The notes: a model not told the origin generated them from the letters alone. A stretch of 64,000 nucleotides of DNA from Octopus vulgaris (GCA_951406725.2 OX597831.1:12834001-12898000), one strand, 5' to 3'; positions 26,951 to 41,255 are shown, numbered from the stretch's first letter. Made by a program: numbers and translations.

Positions 26951-27372
26951 ATTATTATTATTATTATTAATGTTAAGGTGGTGAGTTGGCAGAATCATTA
27001 CTGTGCCAGAAAAAATGCTTAGCAGCATTTCTTCCGACTCCATGTTCTGAGTTGCAATGTTGGCAGGGTCACCTTTGCCTTTCATCTTTTCAGGGGCTGA
27101 TAAAAACAAGTATCAGTTGAACAATGTAATGTTCACAACAAAGATTAGCAAATTTGCATTCAAATATCTCCTGGAAGATATGATGAAAGAACATTCTAAT
27201 CAGTGTCTGAAATCCAAGAAATACCCTTGAGAAATATCAGCAGAATATCAATAAACTTAGATTCACAACCATTTGAATAAACGGGCAAACATAAAATAAG
27301 TGAAAATAAAGGTTACAATATCCAAGTTATAAGATTTACAGATTGTTTAGCAATCATCATCATCATCATTTT

Positions 27373-27790
27373 GGCGTAGGAGTCGCTGTGTGGTAAGCAG
27401 CCTGCTTACGAACCACATGGTTCCGGGTTCAGTCCCACTGCGTGGCACCTTGGGCAAGTGTCTTCTACTGTAGCCTCAGGCTGACCAAAGCCTTGTCAGT
27501 GGATTTGGTACACGGAAACTGAAAGAAGTCCGTCGTATAAATGTATATATATATATTTGCATGTGTGTATATGTTTGTGTGTCTGTGTTTGTACCCCTGC
27601 CCCCAACACCAACATCTCTTGACAACCGATGTTGGTCTGCTTACGTCCCCGTAACTTAGTGGTTTGGCAAAAGAGACTGATAGAATAAGTACTAGGCTTA
27701 CAAAGAATAAGTCCTGGGCTCGATTTGCTCAACTAAAGGCAGTGCTCCAGCATGGCCACAGTCAAATGAGTGAAACAAGTAAAAGGCTAA
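27373..27790 (+). mobile_element. S1 SINE, full length
   Basis: Colinear with 62905-63340. Confidence 0.9.
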
Positions 27791-28406
27791 AAGCGTCTCC
27801 TTATCATCATTTAATGTTGGCATCTGGAAGGGCATCCAGTTGTAACAAACATGCCAAGGCAGACCTCACCAGTGCTGTTACCATCTAAAAAAGCACCCAG
27901 TACACTTTGTAAAGTGGTCAACGTTAAGGAAGGGCATCCAGCTGTAAAAACCATGACAAAACATAAAGAGGAGCTTGGTGTAGTCCTTTGGTTTGCCAGC
28001 TCATGTTAAACCCTCCAACCCCATGCCAGCATGGAAGATGGACGTTAAATGATGATTCCCATGCTGGCATGGGTTGGATGGTTTGGCGGGAGTTGGCAGG
28101 CTAGAAGACAGCCCCAGAATACAGCAGTCGGTTTTGGCATAATTTCTATGGCTGGATGCCCTTCCTAACACCAACCACTTCACTGAATGTGCTGGGTGCT
28201 TTTTATGCGATGCTGACCCGAGTGACTTTATACATGGCATTGACACAGGTGCTCCTGTACGTAGTGCTGACATGGGTGCCCTAGGCACTGACAGGGGTGC
28301 TCTTGTACATGGTGCTGTCATAGGCACTTTTAATCTGATGCTGAATGGGTGCTTTTTACATGGTGTCAGTATGTAATTAAAAATAAACACTTTTACCATC
28401 ACGTAC

Positions 28407-28437
<31 letters not shown>

Positions 28438-29369
28438 CACGCACATACACATTTGTACACACATATATATTTCTACACACCCATACACATATTTCTACAC
28501 AAACATATATATCTACACACACATATATCTACACACACTTACACGCACAAATAAATGCAATACATGAAAGATTCTAAACAATTATCTACAGCCATGTCAG
28601 GCTTATAGCATTTCAATGTTTCCAGTCTGTCACTCCCAAGAATGTAAAATGCCTTTCACATTCCAGGTTACCACTCTGTGTATCCATGTCATTCATTCAG
28701 TGAGGGTGGTGGGTTGCTGAACACAACTCAGTCACCTCTATAAACACAAGAGTTTTGCATGCTTTGTGGATGTACTTCACTGCAAGTACCAAGTACCAAG
28801 TACTTCAGAAAGATCTCAAAAAGATGAAAGTGACAAAGAATCACAGATTAATGGCAAAACAAAACAAATCAATGCAAAGCTGTTGAAGCGGAGAAGATTA
28901 TTTCAGAGTGACATAGTTTCTGGTTGTGGTCCCACCGTGTGGCACCTGGGGCAAGTGTCTTCTACTAGATAGCTGAACCTGCCAAAACCTTGTGAATGAA
29001 TTTGGTAGAAGCCCATCGTGACCTTGACCTTTTTCTCATTTCAGGCATCAGACTGTGGCCATGCTGGAGCATGCCTTATATTTTTAAACAAATGAACCAA
29101 CCCCAGTACATATTCTTTATTTTTTTTTAAAGCCTGGTACTTATTCTATTGGTCTTTTTTGCTGAACCACTAAGTCACAGGGATGTAAAGACACCAACAC
29201 CAAATTCTCAAGCAGTGGTGGGGGACATTCGCAAGGTTTTGCTTAGCCTGGGGTTACAGTAGAATGCAGTTGTCTAAAGTGATGTGCAGTGGGCCTGAAC
29301 CTAAAACCATATGGTTGGGAAGTGAACATAATTATATAGCCATGGAAAGAAACGAAGAGAAAGAGAATG

Positions 29370-29525
29370 CGATAGATAGATAGATAGATAGAGAGAGAGA
29401 GGGAGGGAGAGAGAGAAAGCCATAAATATATGAAGAGAGTGGGAGAGAGAGAGAGAGAGAGCCATATATAGATACATAACTATAGAAAGACAGAGAGATA
29501 GATACAAAACTGTAGATAGACAGAC

Positions 29526-29583
<58 letters not shown>

Positions 29584-29740
29584 GTAGATAGATAGATAGA
29601 TAGATAGATAGATATATAGATAGGTAGATAGGTAGATAGGTAGATAGATAGGTAGATAGATAGGTAGATAGATAGGTAGATAGATAGGTAGATAGATAGA
29701 TAGAGGGAGAGAGAGAGAGAAGGAGAGAGCAAGAGAGAGA
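29370..29740. repeat. (TAGA)n/(GA)n compound microsatellite
   Basis: Directly visible. Confidence 0.95.
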
Positions 29741-29949
29741 ATATATTAACATATTATACATATCAATAGAAATTTTCAGTAAACAATTTAAAACAAGAAT
29801 AAAAAAGCATCTTATTTCCACAAGGAAATAAAATATATATATATGCACAGACACATTCGTGAAAGGCATAAAACACCAGTTATGCTTGCCATGTGTGCAT
29901 GACTGTTGAATATACATACATACACACATACATACATACATACACACAC

Positions 29950-30004
<55 letters not shown>

Positions 30005-30659
30005 ATGAACCTAAGATTTTAATATGTTAATATGTATACGTGATTTAGGTAAAATGCTTATGTGTGCGCGCACATGTGTGTGTGTGTATGTGTGTGTGTG
30101 TGTGTGTATAAAATCCGTCACACTTTCAGCAATTGAAGAAGAAGAATCTTTTAATCCAGTTATTGCTGTTTCCTGCGATGTCTTGCAAGTGCACAGCAAC
30201 AGAGACAGCAGCGTATGGGGGGTGGGGTAGAATATGCCGGATTAGCTGAAAATCAGATTTTCATTCACGACGACAAAAGATAGAGGGAAGAAAGGAAAGA
30301 AAAAAAGAAGAGAAACAAACAAAAAGAAAATGAGGAAGAAAAAGGTTCAATTTCTTCCCCCCCCCCTCTCACAAAAAATATCAACACTAAATATAAAGGA
30401 ATAAATGTACCTTCAGATTTGTGCATTATATGAATTCTATAACAGTAATACTACATATACATACACACACACGCACACGCACATATATACACACATGTGT
30501 GTGGGTATATATATTATGAAGAAATAGAATTAAACAAAATATGAGATAATGTATGAAATGGAATAGAATCAAATAATGATATATCTTAGAGAATTTATAG
30601 CTGTGAAAGCAGGTAGTCTTTTTTTTAGGAATATTTTTGGTTGGATAATTTAGAATTAT

Positions 30660-30985
30660 TACATACATACATATATGTATATATACATACATACATACAT
30701 ACATATATGTATATATACATACATACATATATGTATATATACATACAAACATACATATATGTATATATACATACAAACATACATATATGTATATATACAT
30801 ACAAACATACATATATGTATATATACATACATACATATATGTATATATACATACATACATACATATATGTATATATACATACATACATATATATATATAT
30901 ATACATACATACATATATATATACATACATACATACATACATATATACATACATACATACATATATACATACATACATACATACA

Positions 30986-31031
<46 letters not shown>

Positions 31032-31045
31032 CATATATATACACG
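30660..31045. repeat. (TACA)n/(TA)n microsatellite with a repeated higher-order unit ACATATATGTATATATACAT
   Basis: Directly visible. Confidence 0.95.
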
Positions 31046-31688
31046 CACATGCACACACAAATACATGCCCACAGCAGAAGCTTATACAAATGTCTTACAT
31101 CAAATGGGCAACCATTAAAGAGAGAGAGAAAGAGAGAGAGAGAATAAGAGAAAGAGTGAAAGAGTGAGAGAAAGAGAGAGAGACAAATAGAGAAGGATAG
31201 AGAAGGGCTGGTTTGGTGAAACAAAATATTTTAGCAGAGATTGACTCAAAGAAACAGTTAATACAATACTCTCTCATAACACTTCATTAATACAACCATT
31301 TGGGGTTTTTTTTTCCTGTTTGGAATCTCACAAACTTACAAACAAAAGCCGAGAAACTAGAAAAAGTATAAAATAATTAATGTGAGCAGTTGCTATGAAG
31401 GCACTCAGGATGCAAGAAATAATAGCTAAACCACTCTCAAATCTTGTACTTGATGGCCATCAATAGAAGAATTATCACAATACGCTTTGTAAAGTTGTTG
31501 GTGTTAGGAAGGGAATTCAGCCATAGAAGTATTGCCAAAGAAGACACTGAAGACCGATGCAGCCCTTAAATTATTTAAATCCAGTTGGATTGTCCAGCCC
31601 AAGTCAGCATAGTCTCACAACTATTTTTTACCTAGTGACCCCTCTGATTTCCTTTTACTCAAATGGACCCTCCTAGCCATTCGGTGTT

Positions 31689-32095
31689 CGGAGTGGCTAT
31701 GTGGTAAGTAAATTGCTTACCAACCACATGGTTTTGGGTTCATTCCCACAGCATGGCACCTTGGGCAAGTGTCTTCTACTATAGCTTCGGGCCGACCAAA
31801 GCCTTGTGAGTGGATTCGGTAGACAGAAACTGAAAGAAGCCCATCGAATATATGTATATGTATGTGTATGTGTTTGTGTGTCTGTGTTTGTTCCTCCAAC
31901 ATCACTTGACAGCCGATGCTGCTGTGTTTATGCCCTCGTAACTTAGTGGTTTGACAAAAGAGACCAATAGAATAACTACTAGGCTTCCAAAGAATAAGTC
32001 CTTGGGTCGATTTGCTCGACTAAAGGCGGTGCTCCAGCATGGCCGCAGTCAAATGACTGAAACAAGTAAAAGAGAGTAAAAGAGTAAAAGAGAGT
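31689..32095 (+). mobile_element. S1 SINE, near full length
   Basis: Colinear with the reference copy and has a (GAGTAAAA)n tail. Confidence 0.9.
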
Positions 32096-32206
32096 TATAT
32101 TTTTATATTTAAATATTATTAGGAATTATATGAAAAAGCTGTTGAACTATTTTGTGATTTGCAGAAGTATAACGAATTCATTCTTTTATATTTAAGTTGT
32201 TTAAGT

Positions 32207-32406
32207 CAGAATTAGGACAACGAGGATCTCTTTTTAACGATGATCAATTAGATAATGTAATCGTTACAGCCCATGCATTCGTAATAATTTTTTTCCTCGT
32301 TATACCTGTTATAATTGGAAGATTTGGAAATTGATTAGTACCTCTAATATTACGAACTCCAGATATAGCATTTCTATGAATAAACAATATAAGCTTTTGA
32401 CTTTTA
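32207..32406 (+). pseudogene. cox1: NUMT: nuclear copy of part of mitochondrial cytochrome c oxidase subunit I
   Basis: In the invertebrate mitochondrial code it reads [66 protein letters not shown]. It has no indels and several substitutions at normally invariant residues. Confidence 0.97.
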
Positions 32407-32739
32407 CTGTTAAGTTAGAGGGACACAAACACACCAACATTGGCTGTCAAAGTAGTGGGGGACAAATACAGACTCAACGACACACACACACACATGATGG
32501 ACTTCTCTCAGTTTCTGTCTACTAAATCCACTCACAAGGCTTTGGTCAACCCAATGCTATAGCAGAAGACACTTGCACAAGATACCACATAGTGGGACTG
32601 AACCCAGAACCATGTGGTTGGGAAGCAAGCATCTTACCACACAGTCACATCTGCATCTCTCCACACAAATTTAGACAACAAAATCTAATACAGAACCCCA
32701 AGGTCATATGGACCTCAGTTAAAAACCACTGGCTAAATG

Positions 32740-33076
32740 GTGGTGATAATGATAGTGATGATGATGATAATGATGATGATGATGATGATGGTAATGATGA
32801 TGACGATGATGATGGTAATGATGGTAATGATGATGATGATGGTAATGATGATGATGATGATGATGATGACGATGATGATGACGATGATGATGACGATGAT
32901 GATGATGATGATGGTAATGATGACGATGATGATGATGATGATGGTAATGATGACGATGATGATGATGATGACGATGATGATGACGATGACGATGATGATG
33001 ATGATGATGGTAATGATGACGATGATGATGATGATGATGGTAATGATGACGATGATGATGGTAATGATGACGATGA

Positions 33077-33108
<32 letters not shown>

Positions 33109-33160
33109 ATGATGACGATGAAGATGATGATGACGATGATGATGATGGTAATGATGATGT
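32740..33160. repeat. (GAT)n tract with GAC and GGTAAT variants
   Basis: Directly visible; about 420 bp with the triplet phase preserved. Confidence 0.95.
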
Positions 33161-33290
33161 ATCATTATATATACGTTGTGTTGCAAGGAAAATATTGAAA
33201 GAAAAAAAAATATAATAAAAGCACTGACAAACTGAATCTTAAATGTTTTTGATCAAACATTATCTCAATCAAGACCAACCAAGGGTTAAA

Positions 33291-33321
<31 letters not shown>

Positions 33322-33512
33322 AACAACAGCAATATAGGCTTAAGTTTTTATTACATTAATTTTTTTCCCTGTCAGTTCATTTCCCCAAGCTGAGTCTTTA
33401 AACATAGGTGAAAACTCACAATTTCCATACAAATAATTGGATTTCTGATACTACAAATCTGCGTTTCTTTACTTGTTGCAACCAAAAGGATAGGATGGTG
33501 GTGGTGGTGGTG

Positions 33513-33585
<73 letters not shown>

Positions 33586-33830
33586 CTATGCTTAATATCT
33601 GGAATCGTTCAGACAGTGATAGTATTAACCCTCCAATATCTAAATTATCAAAATGCTACAAATAATTAAATTCAAATAATTCTTTCTACAAAGGCACGAA
33701 GTTAAAATTCCGCCGAGGTTGACTTCGTCTGTCATTCTTTTGGAGTCGATAATTTAAGTACAAGTGAGATCGACAAGTCCCTTCCCACAAAATTTCAGAC
33801 CTTCTCCCTTCAGTAGAAAGAAGAAGAAGA

Positions 33831-33866
<36 letters not shown>

Positions 33867-34113
33867 GTTGTTGTTTTATTATTATTAAGGCGATGAGCTG
33901 GCAGAATCATTAGCACGTTGAACAAAATGCTTAGTGGTGTTTCATCTGTTGCTACATTCTGAGTTCAAATTCCACTGAGGCTGACTTTGCCTTTCATCCT
34001 TTTGGGGTCGATAAATTAAGCACCAGTGAAACACTGGGATTGATATACTCAACTAGTCCCTTCTCCATAAATTTCAGGCTCTGTGCCTTTAGTAGAAAGG
34101 ATTATTATTATTT

Positions 34114-34430
34114 TACGGAGATGTACTTGCACAGCGAGTGACTTGATCTGACATTGTGTGCTGGAACGAAAACAATTGCAGCGTGGAAGGTGTTTATAAG
34201 ACATTTAAGAAACACACAAAAACCGTTAGATTCACTTCAACATTTAAATTTAATTTGTCAAAATATTTTCGTCACTTTGAGACCGCAACCTGTTCACAGA
34301 AAAAACTTTGTGCTGTATCGTCTCAAAGCGATGAAAATATTTTGACAAATTAAATTTAAATGTTGAAGTGAATCAAACGGTTTTTGTGTTTCTTAAATGA
34401 CTTATAAACACCTTCCACACTGCAATTATT
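34114..34430 (-). mobile_element. Fold-back element family B (Penelope-like inverted pLTR with tail) carrying a hammerhead motif
   Basis: Inverted arms 34174-34282 and 34321-34427, with an unpaired ~60-bp tail on the left. Minus-strand motif GTGAACA-G-GTTGC..GTGAC-GAAAATATTTTGAC at 34254-34304. Sits inside (ATT)n. Confidence 0.75.
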
Positions 34431-34465
34431 ATTATTATTATCATTATTATTATTATTATTATTGC

Positions 34466-34535
<70 letters not shown>

Positions 34536-34626
34536 ATTTATTATTATTATTATTATTGTTATTATTATTATTATTGTTATTATTATTATTGCTATTATTA
34601 TTATTATTATTATTTTTTATTATTGC

Positions 34627-34659
<33 letters not shown>

Positions 34660-34668
34660 CATTATTAT
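34431..34668. repeat. (TAT)n/(TGT)n microsatellite
   Basis: Directly visible. Confidence 0.95.
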
Positions 34669-35559
34669 GTAAAACAGTTTGATTCAGCTCCATCCAGCTT
34701 AAAGCTTTACAGACTTGAAAAAGAAACCTGTGAAACTTATAGTTGCCTAGAGCCAAATCAAACTGCTTTAAATAATACATGTAGTCCCTATTAAATATGT
34801 TGAGTGTTTTTTTCTTTCATTTGTCCATTTCTTTGTGCACTGTTTCCACCCAGACTCCACCTACCAAATTCATTCACAAGGCATTGGTCAGCACAGGGTT
34901 ATAATAGAAGACACTTACCCAAGGTGCCATCGAGTAGGACTGAACCTGGAGCTTTGCAGTTGCAAAGCAAGCATCTTAACCACATGTCTATATCTGCATC
35001 TTTGTCAATAAATTCAACAACAACCAACAGATATTACAACTGGTTGCATGCAATAAACGTGTTAAAAATGCAAAGAATCGTAAGAACTCCTCCAAGTTTT
35101 CAATTTAGTAAGTGTTAAAAATTCAAAGTGTCAACACTTAGGCATTATACGACTGCTTTAAATCCTACTTTGCAAAAGTAATCACAGAAACAATTTTGTT
35201 CTATATTAGTCAGGCTTGTGCAATAAACACAATGAGACAAGTTGAAGGCATTCTTTCATAATTTCCAATTTCGGAGCTCATTTACCCCAAACAATAAATA
35301 ATGAGTGGTTAATTGAAAAAGTATGGACTTTCTCAGCTAACAGCATTTTATGTTTGGAAAGATTAATTTTGGTTGGACATGCTTTTCAGAATATCAAATA
35401 TCCCACTGGTATTTCTTTTGAATCATAAAAGTCAACTTACAGAGTCTTACTGAATGTTTTGAGAAAACCAAGTATGCCCCCATTGATCACCCCCTTTTTA
35501 GTGATATTTGGCTACTACGAAGAAAGAACAATATTGATTGGCTGCAATGTAAAGGGGCA

Positions 35560-35830
35560 AAGGGCAATGGAAAGATCCTGGCTAGGAATATCTTTAGAAG
35601 AGCACATCTGAAATGAGATAATGCAAGAACAGTGCAGAGTGAATGACGTGATTGTAGGAGACCGAAAACAAAATTTCTGTTGGGTCAGATAATTGTTAGG
35701 TTCAAAGATAAAAGTTAAGCCTGTGTAGTTGCCAAGTGTTATTCAAGAGTTGAGGAAAGGCCACTTGGAAGGCCTCCATGACAATGAGAAGGCAATCTGA
35801 TTAAACAATTTGGGCCAAGATGTAAAAGAA
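35560..35830 (+). mobile_element. RTE-clade LINE C-terminal fragment, decayed
   Basis: LGISLEEHI*NEIMQEQCRVNDVI..NFCW and ERPLGRPP resemble the RTE pattern LGISL.D.IRNE..W.GH..RP.GRP..W. Confidence 0.6.
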
Positions 35831-37894
35831 GGATACAGTCAAGAGTAAACTCAAAGCCCATTGTGACTAACAATATATAAGAACATCCAATAGTCTGGTT
35901 ATATGTATATAGGCACAGGCATGGCTGTGAGGTTAAAAGCTTGCTTCCTCACCACAAGGTTCTGGGTTCAGTCCCACTGTGTAGCACTTTAGGCAAGTGA
36001 GTGTCTTCTACTATAGCCTCGGGCTGACCAAAGCCTTGTGAATGGATTTGGTAGACAGAAACCTACACCAGCATCGCATAACCAGCCTACTCAAAAGTAC
36101 CTTGGATCATAGGGTGACATGCCGTGCTTGAGGAGACCTATTGAGTCAAGTACATTAACATCAACATCAAATCAAATCAAATTACACTCAAATGGAAATT
36201 GTAGTTGTGACCCTCATGGCTTCTCAGACCTCAGTCGAACCATCCAACCCATGCCAGCATGGAAAACGGACATTAAATGATGATGACAACGATGATGATT
36301 ATATATATGTATATATATGATATAATAATCATCATTTATTTAACACACATTTTCATTCTTGTATGGATCAGATGGAAGCATACGAGGCAGACATTTTTGT
36401 GGCTAGGTCTCCTTCCTGTCATTAAGCCTGATCTGTTTCAGTTTTAAAGAAAGGAAATATTTCCTGAAGACCAGGCATGTTTTCACAGAAGATTTGTAGC
36501 CATTTGTTTTATGATTTAGTTACCAGAAGCAGAGAACTAGCAATGGACCCCAGCATGGCCAAAGTGCAGTTGAGTGGAACAAGTAAAAGATAACAGATAA
36601 GTGACAGCATTTGAATATGAAGGACTACATTGCCATTTTTTTAAGACAATCAAGTATGATTTGAGGAAGATTTGGCTGCTATTTCTAACGAGTCTAGCAG
36701 TCATTTACAGACTCTCTCATTGACTCAACAGAAGGTATGTTATTATTCAACCACAAGCCTCAAGTTTTGTTAGACCCATCCAGGACTACATTATCTAATG
36801 TGTCCTTGCCTTGCTCACAATAGTAGCATGCTGTTTAAAGAACATTTGGCTGCTGTTTCTAGCAGATTAGATGATTACATAGACACTCTCTTGGCTCACT
36901 GAAAGTATGTTCTCAGACATTTTCATTTTATTTTTTTATCCTTTAGTGAAATATTAGAAAATTTGGTGCCATTCTGTATAATAAAGGCTGGCAGCTATTA
37001 ATCTTTGATAGATGATATAAATTATTTCAAGAACCTGTTAACAAATGCTGGAGGATTAACTTACATTATTAATAGTTAAGATGGTGTTAGCATATTTAAT
37101 GCAGGGTGCATTGTCCGGAGTGGTTGTCACTTTACTTGCTGAAATGTTCAAAATAATATTAATCAGTGATTAATATTGCTTTATCCTCACTGAATATTTA
37201 TTTCCAATTATCAGCTTTCTGCAGTAAATATGTTAATGCTAACGCTACACATTCATCATGTTGCTGGCATCTCTGAATATATAGATTCCTTATTACAATA
37301 TGATAGTGTTAATATCTTAGAAGTAGGGAGCAGTAAAAGGCTAAATGAAATTATTATGAGGTAATGAAAAAAAAAAAAAACTCTTTGAGTTAAGGACTAA
37401 TATTATTTTCACTTTCCTGGTAAGAAGGGGAGATAAATCTAGATGGGTTTTAGTCTTATTTCAACCTCATCAGCAAACTATAACCTTTAATAGTTGCTGA
37501 GGGATTTTCTTTAATTTTTGCTGAGTGTGGAGAAAGGGCAAGTGACTATTGCATTTGTGGTCCCTTCTTGACCAGTAAAATTCCCTCCATTATAGATTCT
37601 CTTCAGCTTTTAGTTGAACAAATTGACCTTGGTACTTATTTTCTGAAGTTTGGTACATATTCTATCAGCCTCTTTTGCCAAACTGCTAAGTTTCAGGGTT
37701 GTAAACAAACCAACAAATACACACACACACACACACACACACGATGGACTGCCATACAGTTTCCATCACAAGGAATTAGTCAGCCTGGAGCTATAGTAAA
37801 AGACATTTTTTCAAGGTACAGTGCACTTGGATTGAACCCAAAGCCACATGGTTGCAAAGCAAGTATCTTAACCACATATATCAAAAGCAAAAAA

Positions 37895-38805
37895 GGATGG
37901 AATTTGGATTTGGAATGGCTTTGATCATCAACATGACTGGAATTCTTTGATCATTCAGTTACAGAAAAGGTAGCAAAGATTCTTCTAAGAAAATATTTAC
38001 ACAGTTCCAGATAATGTAATCACAATACATCCTAAAACAGATGGGGTGGTCATAACTGGAACTTCTTTGATCAAAGTCATAACTGGAGTACCTTAGGTTA
38101 TTCAGTTAGTCAAAGATAATTATTTTAGTTCCAGAAAATGCTTTTAAAAATAAATTCCCTCTGGTAGAAAAAACAAAAAAAAAAGAGAAAAAGGCAGTGG
38201 TGGCCATGGTTGGAATATCTTTGATCATGAATATTACTGTGTACCTTTGATCATTCAGTTACTTAAAAGCAACAAAGATTTCTTTCTTAAATCTCTTCAG
38301 AGCTCCAGAAAATGCTTTGAGAAGGAAATTCCCATACATACATGGATAAATAAATACATAAATGAATAAAGATGGGATGTTCATGGTTGGAAAGCCTTTG
38401 ATCATTTAGTTAGTCAAAAGTAGCAAAGGAAAAAATGTCTTTATAATCCAAAATTATTTTAGTTTTAGGAAATGTTTTGAGAAAGAAATTCCCACACTCG
38501 AAAAAAGAAAAAAAGATGGAATGGTCATATCTAGAGAGCTTTTGATCAATCAGTTATTGAAAAGATTAAATAGAAAAAAGTCTTCATTTTGCAAAATTAT
38601 TTTAGTTTCACAAAATGCTTTGAGAGAAAAATTCTATCATATTAAAAAAAAAAAATAAAAGCATAAAATTGGATGGTCATGGCCGGATAGCCTTTAATCA
38701 TTTGGTTATTCAAAACTAACATATTTTTTGTTTGTTTAAAGAAAATATCTGCACATAGCAAAATTATTTCAATTCTAGAAAAGACTTTAAAAAAAGAAAT
38801 TATTG
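37895..38805 (+). repeat. Degenerate tandem array of six ~150-bp units related to S6
   Basis: GATGG..GGTCATGG(C/T)TGGAA..CTTTGATCATTCAGTTA..AGTTCCAGAAAATGCTTT recurs at about 37895, 38040, 38195, 38371, 38515 and 38668. Confidence 0.8.
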
Positions 38806-39227
38806 ATTAAAAGACAAAAAAAACATGAAAAAAATACTATTTTCATGCATTTTCCAAAAATTTATAAATAGGAAGTTATTGATATGCAATTTAGAATATT
38901 TGCTGCAATTTCAAAACTATAATAATTGAAACCAATGTGTCTATTATGCTATTATATTTTACCGTTTTTCAAAGACAGAAAATAAAAGTGTCTGGTGTGT
39001 GCGTGTGGGAGGTGGGGTGTAGGTCATCATTTTTATTGTTGGGAAATGGTTTGTTGTTTATTATCAGAAGAAATATGGAAGAAATTAACAATAAATGTAA
39101 ATTTTCTGAAAGAATTTTAATCACAGAAGGATCTTGGTATTTGGTGCTTTCAGAGTTACTTTTAGCACCATTACAGTTCTTTGTACTTTTTTCATGTTAA
39201 GAAAATGTTGGTTGCTGCTGATATCAG

Positions 39228-39490
39228 TATTATTATTATTATTACTATTATTATTATTGTTATTATTATAATTATTACTATTGTTATTATTACTATTATT
39301 ATTATTATTACTATTATTATTACTATTATTATCATTATTATTACTATTATTATTACTATTATTATCATTATTATTACTATTATTATTATTATTATTATTA
39401 CTATTATTATTATTATTATTATTATTTTTATTACTATTATTATTATTATCATCATCATCATCATTATTATTATTATTATTATCATTATTC
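39228..39490. repeat. (TAT)n microsatellite with TAC/CAT variants
   Basis: Directly visible. Confidence 0.95.
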
Positions 39491-40711
39491 AATGACTGTC
39501 TATTTTATTTTAAACAATAGTCAGATAATTACTGGATAAAACAAAATTAAAATTACATATGGATGTTTACACACATTCACATACATGCATGCATAGGCGT
39601 GCATACACACATACGTACGCATACTGAAACACATACCTGCATATATATATATATATAGGCACATATAGTCATACATACACTCATACTGAAACACGTATAC
39701 ATATATAGACATACACGCAGTCATACATACACATATATAAGCATACATATGCACACATGCACAGATTTATGTGTACATACACACATACACTGACACAAAT
39801 ATACATAAAAACACTAACACATATACACACACATTCAAACACACACATATATACATGTTCACACACACACAGGCACATTTACACATGTTCAGTTACCACA
39901 CACACACACACACACACAATGTTCAGACATCATACTCACACATACACATTCATGTACACACACAATGCTCACAGACATCATACACACACACACACACACA
40001 TTCATGCATGCACACATGCACATTCAGACACACATTCAGACACACATTCATGCACCCACACACACACACACACACATACACACAATGCTCAGATATCATA
40101 CACACACACACACACACATTCAGACACACATACACACACACACACACACATTCCTCCATTCATTTGCTGTCATTGTTATTAGAAAAACAACAAAGAATCA
40201 CAGAATGTCTTGAAGCCAAAGAATTCCTTGAGAAATAAGTAAAAAAAACAAGAAGAAAAAAAAAAGAAACAACCCCTCAAACATTGCTTATAATATCACC
40301 ACCACCGATAATGATAATATCCACACCACAGACGAACAATTGAGTGAGAGACATATGAATAAAAACAAACAATAACCTGGTATAATGAATAATAATGAAT
40401 AAAGTGATAAAAAGAAAATGATATTAATGATGAATAATGAATAATGTGGAGACAGAAATGTGGATTTTGTGATCTTTGTTACTTTGGAATAATTGAAGCA
40501 TTGATGGTTTGTGTTGCTTATCTTTAAGCCATCACTGAACCAGCAGATAATCGAGATATGGCCATCCCACCATTTTTGTTTCTCAGGGATTACATTGTTC
40601 AGTTCTGAATTATTCAGCTACGTAGCTCACCTTGCCTTATCTTAATAATAATAAATCTTTCAACTATATGCACAGCGCCTGAAGATTTGTAAGATGTTCG
40701 TTGATTATATT

Positions 40712-41090
40712 GGCGAGCTGGCAGAAACATTAGCACACCGGGTGAAATGCTTAGTGGTATTTTGTCTGTCTTTATGTTCTGAGTTCAAATTCTGCCGAGG
40801 TCAACTTTGCCTTTCATCCTTTCGGGGTCGTTAAATTAAGTACCAGTTTCACACTGGGGTCGATGTAATCGACTTAATCCCTTTGTTTGTCCTTGTTTGT
40901 CCCCTCTATGTTTAGCCCCTTGTGGGCAATACAGAAATATATATTGGCTTCAGTTCTTGACCGGTACTTTATTTTATTGAACCCGAAAGAATGAATGGCA
41001 AAGTCAACCTTGACTAGATTTGAACTCAGAATGTAAAGGATCAAAAGAAAATACCCCTAAGCATTTTGTCCAGCGTGCTAATGGTTCTAC
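40712..41090. mobile_element. Two S2 SINEs tail-to-tail
   Basis: Plus-strand copy at 40712-40940 and a minus-strand partial copy at about 40950-41090. Confidence 0.8.
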
Positions 41091-41255
41091 GAGGTTTCAA
41101 AATTTAATACAAGACCAGACATTTCCATGGAGAGGTGTAACTGACATCAACAATCCCAATAGTTGCTCCTTTATCAAGCTTAAAAGGCTGAAAAGCATAT
41201 CTACCATCCATGTGGGGCATATAAGGGGATGAATAGCAGTTACTTCTTGGCCAAA

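Noticed and set aside
30426-31224. Long YI/HT/CV-rich ORFs here and at about 21.3, 29.3, 39-40, 43.1 and 61.4 kb
   Set aside because: They are translations of microsatellites.
32207-32406. Functional cox1 gene or mitochondrial contamination
   Set aside because: It is only 200 bp, has substitutions at invariant residues, and is embedded in a nuclear SINE.
32592-33215. 207-aa poly-Asp ORF and overlapping poly-His and poly-Met ORFs
   Set aside because: The ORF starts inside an antisense SINE and is open only because (GAT)n lacks stops in those frames. There is no splice or domain evidence.
37895-38805. CRISPR-like periodicity here and in the S5 minisatellite and S2 trimer
   Set aside because: Whole units are homologous with no unique spacers, repeats are degenerate, there are no cas genes, and the context is eukaryotic.
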